A stretch of 19,221 nucleotides of DNA from Cetorhinus maximus (Eukaryota), in the NCBI RefSeq assembly GCF_964194155.1. It is one part of the record NW_027596098.1 of this genome. One strand, given 5' to 3'. Positions within the stretch are counted from its first letter, which is position 1; each line of letters begins with the position of its first letter. Shown piece after piece: positions 11,339 to 19,221 of this stretch. Below the pieces are notes generated by a model. It did no database searches. It was not told the DNA's origin and saw only the letters and a program-made list of their open reading frames with translations. Both the position numbers and the translations under genes were made by a program.

Positions 11339-12436
11339 CCGCTCCCACCCTCTCCCTCCCGGTCTGTCTCTAATTCTCTGTCTGCCTGTCTCTCTCCCAT
11401 TATTAGTTTCTCTGTTCCTCTCGGTCTATTGCTCGCAGTCCCTCTCTGGCTCGCACTCTGTCTCTCTCTCTGCCCCTTTCTCAGTCTCTCTCCCACTTTC
11501 TACATCTCTATGTTTCATGTTGGCTGCCTCTCACCCCCTTTTTCTCAATCTCTGTTTCTCTCTTTCTTTGCCTGTCAATCTCACTATCAGTCTCCCTATC
11601 TGCCTGTCTTTCTGCTGGCTCCATCTCTGTCTCAATTCCACTCGGTCTTTCACACTCTATTTCTCTCACTCACACTATTTTTCTATTTTTCTCATATTTC
11701 TCTCTCTGTTCCGCACTTCCTGTCTCTGTCATTCTCTCTCTCTCTCTGTCTCTGTCTCTCTGTCCGGCTCTCTCTCTCTTTTGCCCCTCCCTATCTCTCC
11801 CCATTACTCTCTATTTCTCTCTCTCACTCTCTCTCTCTCTGTGTGTCTCTCTCTCTTTCTCTCCCTATCTGCCTGTCTCTCCCAATCACTCTATTTTTTT
11901 TCTCTTCCTCTTGGCCTCTTTCACTCTCTCCTGGTCTCTGCCTCTTTCTCAGACTTTCTGTCTGTTTGTCTGTCTATTTCCCTGCCTCTCACGCTCCCTC
12001 GCTCTGTCTTGCTCTCTCTCTCCTTTGTCTCTCCCTCTCCATCTCTCACTTACTCTCTATCTATATTTTTCTGTTTCTCTCTCTCCCTCTCCCTAAATTC
12101 CTGTTCTCTTTCTCTCATGCAGTCTTCTTTCTCTCTCTCTCTTTTTCAAACACTCCCTCTCTATCTCCATCTGTCAATCTCTCTGCCTGTCTCTCTCTCT
12201 GTCTCTATCACACTTTCTCTATCTCTTCTCACTCTCTCTGTCTCTCTCTCTATCTCTTGCACTCGCTGACACTCACCCTTTCTCTGTCTCTCTTTATGCC
12301 TCTCTCTCTCTCTGTCACTTTCTGTCTCACTCAATGTCTCTCTCACCGTCTCTCTCCCCGTTCCCTCTGGCCCTCTCTCTCCCTTTCAGTCTTTCTCTTT
12401 CCCACGCTTTCTCCCTCTCTGCCTCTCTTTCTAACA

Positions 12437-12468
<32 letters not shown>

Positions 12469-13322
12469 ATCTCTATCTCTCTCTTCCTCTCTCTCTCTCT
12501 CTCTCTCTCTCTTACACACACACTCGCTGACTCTTCCTCATTCCCTCCCTCCACCTGTCTCTCTCTCTCTCTGCCTCTCTCACTGCCCTTCTCTCTCCCC
12601 CTCAATGTCTATGTACCTGTTTTGCCATCTCTCTCTCTTACTGTCTACCTGTCTCTTTGTTACTCCCCCTCACTCTTTCTGTATCAGTCTATCGCTCTCT
12701 GTGTTTTCTTTTTTATCTTTCTTTCGCTTCCTCACTGTCCATGTCTCCGTCTAACTCTGTCTGGCTCTATGTCCTCATTTAACTCTCTCTATCATACTCT
12801 CTCCCTGCCTCTACCGCTCTCTGTGTGTCTCTCCATCTCTCTGTACTTCCCTCTCTCTGCCTTGATCTCTCTCTCATTTGTCTCTCCATCTGTACCCTTC
12901 ACTTATTCTCCGCCTTTATCTATCTGTATCTCCCTATCAATCTCCAACGCTCCCCCTGTTCCTCTCAATCTCTCTTTCTCTCTCTGTCTCTCATTATATG
13001 AGTATCTCTCTCCCTACCTCTCTCTCTCTCTTCCTTTTTCATTCAGTCTATCTCTCTCCCAATCTATCTTTCATGATCTCTCTCTCCCCCCCTCTCTCTC
13101 CCCCACTCTCTCTCTCGCCCTCTCTACCCTCCTCTCTCTCTCTCTCTCTCTCTCCCTCTCACTCTCTCTCTCTCTGTCTCTCTCTCTCTCTCTCTACCCC
13201 CCTCTCTTTCTCTCTGTTCGATTCTCTCTCTCACCCTCCCTGACTCTTTGTGTGTCTCCCTCTATTTGTGACACCATCTCTCTGCCTCTCTCTCTTGGCC
13301 ACTATGTCACTCTCTTCTGCCC

Positions 13323-13472
13323 NNNNNNNNNNNNNNNNNNNNNNNNNNNNNNNNNNNNNNNNNNNNNNNNNNNNNNNNNNNNNNNNNNNNNNNNNNNNNN
13401 NNNNNNNNNNNNNNNNNNNNNNNNNNNNNNNNNNNNNNNNNNNNNNNNNNNNNNNNNNNNNNNNNNNNNNNN
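13323..13472. other. N gap (150 nt)
   Basis: Run of N in the sequence. Confidence 0.99.
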
Positions 13473-14898
13473 TTCTCTCTCTTCGGCTCCATCTCTCTCT
13501 ATCTCAATCTCCTTCTCTGTCATGTTCGCTCACTCTGCCTCTCTGTCTCAGTGTATCTCTCTCTCCTTTTGTGTCTCTATCTCTCTGTTTCTCTTTTTTT
13601 TTCTCTATCTCTATGCATCTCTTTATCTCTGTTAGTCCCTGTCTGTCTCTCTCCCTGCATCTCACGCTCACTCTCTCTCTCTCCCATTTCAGTGTCTCTC
13701 TCTCCCGCTCTATCTCCCGCTGTCTCTCTCAATCTATCTAACTCTCACCATCTCAGTCCTTTTCACTTTTTCACCCTCTCTGCCTCTGTGTGTCTCTCTC
13801 ACCTGTTGTGTGTCTGTCACTCTGTCTTTTTCACTCTCTTTGTCTCCATCTCTATGTCTCTCTTTATCTCGTTTTCTCTCTGTCTCTCTCACATTCTGTC
13901 ACTCGGATTCTCTTTCTCTGTCTCCCGCTCTCTTTCAAACTCTCTGTTTCTCCATCGCTTTGCCAATCAGCCTCTCTCTCTCAGTCCCCCTCTCTGCCTG
14001 TGGCGCTGTCTCTCTCAATTTATCTCTGTGTCTAACTCGCTATTTCTCTCTCAAACTCTGTCGATAAATCTCTTATTAATTTCTCAGTCTGTCGCTCACG
14101 CCCTGTCTCTCTCATTCTCTCTCTCTCTCTAATTTGTCTCTCCCTCTCTCGCCCCCACCCCGTACTCTCTATCTCTCTCTGTCTGTCTGTCTGCCTGTCT
14201 GTCTCTCTCTCCTAATCTCCCTGTATCTCTCACTGACTCGATCTCTCTCTCTTTCTGAGTCTCTTTCACTCTCTCCAGTTCTCCGCCTCTTTCTCCGCCT
14301 ATTTCTATGTGTTTCTGTCTCGCTCGCGGCATCTCACGCTCACTTTCGCTCTCTCTTTCTCACTCTCCCATTTCAGTTTCTATCTCTCCCGCTTCATCTC
14401 CCGCTTTCTCTGTCTCTCTTTATCTCTCTCCGTTTCTGTCCTTTTCAATCTCTCACCCTCTCTGCCTCTGTGTATCGCTCTCACCTGTTGTGTTTCCATC
14501 TCAATGTCTCTCGTTATCTCGGTTTCTCAATGTTTCTCTCTCCCTCTGTCACTCTCCCGCTTTCTCCCGCTCTCACTCTCTCTTTTTCTCTTCCTCTCTC
14601 GGTCTCTCTCCCAACATCCCCCTCTCGCTATCACACTTCCTCTCTCTCTCTCACTCCTGATCATTATCTCTCTCTTCCAGTCTGTCTCGCTGTCAGTATG
14701 TCTTTCCATCTCTCTCTTTGGCCCCCTCTCTCATACCCGCTCCGCCGTGTTTATCCCCCACCCCCTCTATGTGTCAGTTACTCTGCCTCTCTCTCACTCT
14801 CTTTGTGTCTCTGTCCTCTGTCTCCATGAATTTCTCGCTCTGTCTCTCGTTCTCTGCGTCTCTGCCACTCTCTATCTCTGTCTATCTCTCCCTCTGTA

Positions 14899-14962
<64 letters not shown>

Positions 14963-15300
14963 TAACTCGCTGCCTCTGTCTCTTTCATTCCATGTTCCTC
15001 TCAGTCTCTCTATTTCTCGCTGCCACTCTATCTGTCTCTTTTTCTCTGCCAAAATATTTACTTTGCTGTGCCTCAGTCTGTAAGTGTCTCTCTACCTCGC
15101 TGGGTCTGTCTGCCGCTTTCTGTGCCCCTGTCTCCCTCAGTCCCTATCGCTCTCTTTACGCCTGTGTCCCGTTTCCTCAGTGTCTCTCCTACTCTCTCTT
15201 TTTCTCTGTCTGTTTATCTCTCTCGGCCCCTGTAGCTCACTCGGCCACTCCGTCTCTCAGTCCCTGCCTCTGTCTTCATCTCTCCCTCGCTGTTTCTCTG

Positions 15301-15362
<62 letters not shown>

Positions 15363-15445
15363 TTAATCTCTCTCCCCTTCTCCCTCTTTTTTCTCTATCA
15401 CACTTTCCATCTCTCCTCTCTAGGCCCGGTAACCATGGTGCAATG

Positions 15446-15451
15446 TTTAAT
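15446..15451 (-). terminator. Candidate polyadenylation signal ATTAAA
   Basis: The + strand reads TTTAAT, i.e. ATTAAA on -, the second most common vertebrate poly(A) signal. It lies ~180 nt downstream of a strong - strand acceptor and ~25 nt before the GA-rich satellite begins. Confidence 0.35.
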
Positions 15452-15632
15452 GTATCTGTCTCTCTGGAACGTTTATAATATCATTTTTCAAAGTTAGATA
15501 CAGTCAGTTTGACATTGTCACTGTCACAGACTGCCACGTTCAAACATTGCGAGTCCTTTCTGTTTATGTGGTAGCCTATATTCTGTGTGGGGCTCTTCTC
15601 AGGACATGTGTAAAGCCAACCACATCCTGTAC

Positions 15633-15860
15633 CTGTGAAAAACCAACAAAGGAGTCAATCCCTGTCACTCTCTGTGCCTGCGATGCTGTGTCAGTATCGT
15701 CAGAAAATGAAGTGGCCCACTTTGGTGAAAGGGGCATTGGTCACAGTGTTGTTACCCATGTGTACACGACAAATTGAGAAACAAACAAGCCAGTCATGAG
15801 AATAGGAAGTAACTTGTTGCGAAAATGTTAAGAGCCACAGAATGCTTCAGCGTCACTGAC
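15633..15860 (-). other. Candidate 228-nt GT-AG spliceosomal intron
   Basis: Minus-strand donor AAG|GTCAGT at 15861/15860. Branch-like TTGAC (A at 15655) is followed by TCCTTTGTTGGTTTTTCACAG|G, giving an acceptor at 15633/15632. Confidence 0.45.
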
Positions 15861-16152
15861 CTTGCTTGTCTGTGGAGCGACCTATCCTGTACGTCTTTGT
15901 GGAGAAAGGCACACAGTTCAGGCCCAAACTTCCTGGAGAATCACAGCCTCTTCGTGCATTGTCTCCCACTCATCTCGAAGTAACTGAAACTGTTTCTGTA
16001 CACACCTTGCTTTGGGAACTGCGAGAATCTCCGATGTCTCATTTTTGCAGTCACTCGGCTTTGAGCACCCTCTGACGCATGGACCGTTCCAACTGGTACA
16101 TGCCTTTCTTCATGCTGCTGCAGCTTCTTAGCCTCTCTGACTGGGAGGTGAC
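15861..16152 (-). other. Candidate internal exon of an unidentified transcript (phase-0 reading VTSQSERLRSCSSMKKGMYQLERSMRQRVLKAE*, 16152-16051)
   Basis: Acceptor CTGATG...TTGCCTCTTTGATCCTGGGTCTTGCACCAG|G at 16153/16152 and donor at 15861. All three frames stop within the exon. The peptide is not recognised. Confidence 0.3.
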
Positions 16153-16449
16153 CTGGTGCAAGACCCAGGATCAAAGAGGCAATTGTAAAGCATCAGCTGA
16201 CTGCCGTACCGTTTAAGGCAGAAGTGACCTCTTTTGCTTGCAGATAACGGGCAGGGCCTGGCCTCAGAGGACTCCTCGGTGTCCAAATAACGTCATCCAG
16301 CAGAGAATTAGTGTTCTTGCGGCAAGCTCTGAATGTCCTCTGACTAAATTATTTATTGCACATTTTAAATTTCAGGAGAAACAAAAATAAAACATCCGAC
16401 AATATCTAAGCTGTGGTGACTCCGCTTCAAATTCTTTTCTCGAGCAGGA

Positions 16450-16937
16450 CACGTAAACGCCGCCTTGGGAGCACACACAATATATTTGAACGTGAGAAGA
16501 CAGTTAAAAAAACAATTGCAATATATAATAATACAGCGTTCTAGGCTTCCAAAGCAGGCATACATGAAAAAAAAAAATGCCAGGAAGAATTCTTAATTAT
16601 ATACAATGGCTTAGTTAGACCCCGGTAGGAGGTTTTTGTCCAATTATTACCATAAGACTTTGGGAGGAATGGAAAGGCGTTATGAAGACGCAGTGTTGAT
16701 TAAAAAAGAAACCGGTATCTGGAGAGCTGGGAAATGCTGGGACTGCCACCATACAGCAGTTAAGTGTAAGGAGAGATTAAATGTAGATTTCCAATTCATG
16801 AACGTTTTGATAAGAGTGATTAAGGTGAATCTGGTTCAAGTGACTGAAATTTCAGGACTAAACAATCACTCACAGATTTAGGGGATTTGACGAATGTCCA
16901 TTGAATATATTGGGGAGAAAGTTTTATAGGGTGCGAA
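16450..16937 (+). mobile_element. Decayed CR1-clade LINE fragment (ORF2 C-terminal region downstream of RT); may extend left to ~16340
   Basis: Degenerate matches to CR1 3' ORF2 landmarks occur in the correct order. TATACAATGGCTTAGTTAGACCCCGGTAGGAG..TTTGTCCAATT fits an LY..LVRP.LEYCVQF-type motif. GGAGAGCTGGGAAATGCTGGGACTG fits an ERL..LGL motif. TAAGGAGAGATTAAATGTAGATTTCCAATTCATGAACGTTTTGATAAGAGT fits an LRGDLIEVFKIM.GFDRV motif. CACAGATTTAGG fits an HRFK motif. Many indels and stops. Matched from memory of the family, not by database search. Confidence 0.72.
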
Positions 16938-16942
16938 AGCCC

Positions 16943-18690
16943 ATGTACCCTTCGGGGAAGGGGGATACGGACCCAGAAGGAACACCCTCTGAAGGGGATG
17001 GGAAGAGATGGAAAGGGGGAATCCGTAAGACGTCTGGACCCGAGGACCTGGCAGCAGTGCCAGAAGAAATTCAATAAGCTCACAAGGGTGTGTTATGTGA
17101 TTGAATTCATATCCAAATGGCAACTTGCGTCCACAATAGCACCAACCTCTCACGAAGCTTAATGTAACGCACACCCATCACTCAACCTTAAGCATTAACT
17201 AACAATCAGGGCTAATGTTCAATGATCACAATCACGACTTCACTCTCGCACGCCTTCCGATGGTACCAGCCTCATATACACCAATCACTGTCGCAACGTA
17301 ATTCCTACTATTCAATTGCGGCAGCTACATCACCCAGAAAAGTAGAACACCATCAGTGACATCTGCTCTCTCTCGCTGAAAGGAAAACGTGAACCCATAA
17401 AAACAGACTGTGGCTGTGAACCAGAGGGCACCAGGCCCATCATTCTCCCCTGTGCTTGGGGGAGGAGATGGCTCTCAGAAATATGGGAGCGGTTTTGACA
17501 GAGCCTGTACAATTTGATATCATCAATAGTATGGTGATCATGCCCTGTTCCTGCCTTATGCCCTTTCTGAAATCCTAGCTCACCCTGATCCTGCTGTCTA
17601 GAATGATGAAAAAGCTGCTAAATATGGGAAAATTGGCATAATGATTTCCAACCCAAACCCAGTCCCCCATCCCAATCCCGCACTTCTGATTTGAACCTTG
17701 GCAATGACAGGCAAAAACGGACAGGTGCCCAGTAAGACAGAGGGGGAGAGAGAGGTTGGGCGGGAAAGAGATAGAATGGGGGAATGGGTGTTGGGGGGGG
17801 GCGGCGGCGGCGGCGTAGGTGGAGGGGGAAACGGAGACATTCAGCACTGGCGAGGAAGCCCCATCACTTGATCTGACACTCACAGCCCACAGCTCTACTA
17901 TTTGCTCTCTATGTAAAACAGAGACTAGTGCAGAGTCGGAATATGCATGTTTTGAATCATTGAGCACCAATGGGCTGAAGATAGGCCAGGTAGAAAGGAT
18001 AATGCCTGTAGCAGCTCAACGCAGTGTGCGATCACAAACGGGTTCTGGTACAAGGGACTCAGAAGCGAACTTTGCTGGGCCCTGTTTAAGTGGAAACTAA
18101 CTTCATGGCAGCGCTAGCGGAACCAGTTGTGATACTGTATCTGATGGATATTGACTTAATTCCTGCTGCAGTGCAAGCTGAGTCTACCCTAAATACCATC
18201 GCCGCAGTGGGAGATCAGACTACGCTCATAAGATCCATGCTTGCTGCCAAGCAGACTCAGACTGCTGCCATCATGACTGTGGATATCAGTGCTCAATGTG
18301 ACATGCAGTATCACTCAGCAGTGCAGCACTTTCTGCTCCAGCAGCTACCTAGATTTCTGAGGTTCCACCCAGTGGAAGTGACAGTGTCACAACGGAGCAG
18401 GGGCCTGCTGTTCATTCTCAGGCTGACATCAATTGTTCTCCCTTCAATGCCACTGCACCAGTGTCCTTGCTGTTGCGCCCATCAGCCAGGCTGTTGCTGC
18501 CCATGTCGAGGTGGTGCAGTCGCAATATGAGCCTTCAAGCACGAGTGCTGATCGAGGCTGCCCAGCAAGACTATATGCTGCGTCATTTAGTGAAAGTCAG
18601 CAGCCATCCACCAGCCAGGCTGCACTCACTGGAGAAGCACGATGTAGGAGCAATTGGTAAGTTGATGGAACATACAGGAAATTAAGTAAT
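16943..18690 (+). pseudogene. Harbinger-associated Myb/SANT-like (MSANTD/NAIF1-type trihelix) DNA-binding protein pseudogene, multi-exon
   Basis: 16943-17090 reads MYPSG..PRRNTL*RGWEEM../..PRTWQQCQKKFNKLTRV with frameshifts, the W...RTxxQCxKKF/WxxL trihelix signature. ~17382-17510 reads *TRGHQA...LGEEMALRNMG, a degenerate RTGGG...EE motif that follows this domain. Broken ORFs 17819-18100 (EEAPSLDLTL), 18090-18530 (Ala/Gln-rich QTQTAAIM) and 18433-18660 (SQQPSTSQAA) fit a low-complexity C-terminal part. Confidence 0.75.
17742..17828 (+). other. G-rich tract with G9 and (GGC)n; potential G-quadruplex
   Basis: GGG C GGG ... GGGGG AAT GGG TGTT GGGGGGGGG CGGCGGCGGCGGCG meets the G3+N1-7 x4 pattern. 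Confidence 0.55.
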
Positions 18691-18869
18691 CAAACTCAGA
18701 AATGTGAATATGTCAGTTTTGTCTGTATAATTGAATGTGTTGCTGGGTAAAGATAATAAAAAAAAGTCTGATTTACTGATTTCTATTACAGAATCTATTC
18801 CAAGAGGAAGCTGTGTTGGGGTATCTCAGAAACATGTAAAAGTGGAGAATGGTGGGAAAGGGAAACTGT

Positions 18870-19020
18870 TCAACAGGAATCAAAGTGTTAGTAAGCACCG
18901 TCCGACAGCCTTTCTGGGTCTAAGGCGCTCAAAAATATCCTCCCTTCCCCCTCCTGCTGAGGTGTTCTCTGGATTCCGGGTGACATTCCTTATGCGCTCA
19001 TGATAGTGAAGATAATGTTA
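18870..19020 (-). pseudogene. C-terminal remnant of a HARBI1-like (DDE_Tnp_4) transposase
   Basis: The minus strand reads FTIMSA*GMSPGIQRTPQQEGEGR, then after a frameshift RKAVGRCLLTL*F. This resembles the HNLAIMR...P...acidic tract...R..LI..RF terminus of Harbinger transposases. The catalytic core is absent. Confidence 0.5.
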
Positions 19021-19221
19021 TTATCCCAGCTGATTTTGCAACTGGACAAGGCGGATTCCAGATTGAAACGCAGCGGGAAAGATCCTAAAGCTTACATTCT
19101 TTGTTTAGATACGTTGGGTGGGGCCACTGAACAAAATCACCGGAGGCAGCAAATTAAGTTTTAAGAATGAAGATAAAACAATAAATAAACATAAAAAAGA
19201 TTAAGTAAATTACAATGATCT

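Larger units (their letters stand above)
1..15420. repeat. Large (CT)n/(GA)n-derived low-complexity polypyrimidine/polypurine satellite tract (open at the left window edge)
   Basis: The + strand is almost entirely C/T in dinucleotide register, with interspersed variants (ctgt, ctat, cttt, ccct, cact, cgct). Pure (CT)n runs of ~50-57 nt occur at e.g. 446-495, 3226-3282, 14905-14957 and 15309-15359. Sequence switches abruptly to normal complexity at ~15420. Confidence 0.98.
9030..15420. repeat. Older, degenerate and rearranged copies of the same CT-rich monomer
   Basis: Diverged monomer landmarks are seen at ~9168-9253 (CTGGCTGCCTCTCTCCATCT...TCAAACACTGTCTACGTTTCTCTTAT), ~10800-10885, ~11160-11285, ~11860-12000, ~14000-14115 and ~14210-14340. 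An internal duplication places GCATCTCACGCTCACT at 13657/14329 and CACCTGTTGTGT at 13800/14482. Confidence 0.75.
16943..19020. mobile_element. Decayed PIF/Harbinger DNA transposon, internal fragment with two convergent genes
   Basis: A Myb/SANT-like pseudogene on + and a transposase C-terminal tail on -, facing each other, fit the established two-gene Harbinger architecture. No terminal inverted repeats or TWA target duplication are visible; both ends are truncated. Confidence 0.7.

Noticed and set aside
67-15497. Dozens of long + strand Ser/Leu-rich ORFs (up to 641 aa) and - strand Arg/Glu-rich ORFs
   Set aside because: (CT)n lacks stop codons in every frame. ORFs overlap in all frames, cross N gaps, and paralogous monomers differ by non-triplet indels, so no frame is conserved.
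15547-16075. Plus-strand 76-aa and 69-aa ORFs
   Set aside because: Short, with non-ATG starts and no recognisable motif; consistent with chance.
16040-16080. Minus-strand GGGTGCTCAAAGCCGAG resembling the transposase G.LK.RF motif
   Set aside because: The flanking residues do not fit (RVLKAE* rather than LK.RFRCL) and no other DDE motifs are nearby.
16244-16391. Plus-strand acceptor CTCTTTTGCTTGCAG, short frame (D)NGQGLASEDSSVSK* and AATAAA at ~16386
   Set aside because: No supporting upstream + strand exon or recognisable peptide, and the AATAAA lies in A-rich, probably CR1-derived sequence. Kept only as a weak alternative to the minus-strand model.
16636-16881. 81-aa ORF
   Set aside because: It lies within the decayed, frameshifted CR1 fragment and is not an independent gene.
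17819-18685. ORFs of 74-146 aa as a live or domesticated MSANTD-like gene
   Set aside because: The coding signal is split over frames, and the DNA-binding domain has stops and frameshifts; it is a pseudogene.
18731-19003. 90-aa + strand ORF
   Set aside because: It is antisense to the transposase tail and intergenic spacer of the Harbinger remnant, has no ATG start and no recognisable domain.

Overview
Eukaryotic, essentially non-coding DNA, most likely vertebrate; the transposon remnants resemble my recollection of cartilaginous-fish repeats (inference). Bases 1-~15420 are an extremely pyrimidine-biased (CT)n-derived tract that is not a simple microsatellite. It is a cryptic tandem satellite with a ~1.3 kb monomer: 8 recognisable copies in 1-~9000, arranged as alternating dimers and including a recent ~2.2 kb duplication. 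It decays into older, scrambled copies from ~9000 to 15420 and contains three N gaps. The long Ser/Leu and Arg/Glu ORFs there are artefacts of the CT/GA repeat. The unique part holds three things: (i) minus-strand splice and poly(A) signals (16152 down to ~15430) that look like the 3' end of a spliced transcript ending at the satellite edge; (ii) a decayed CR1-type LINE ORF2 3' fragment (~16450-16937, +); (iii) a decayed PIF/Harbinger DNA transposon, with a Myb/SANT-like gene on + (16943-~18690) converging on the C-terminal tail of a HARBI1-like transposase on - (~18870-19020). I find no intact protein-coding gene, RNA gene, CRISPR array or prokaryotic system.
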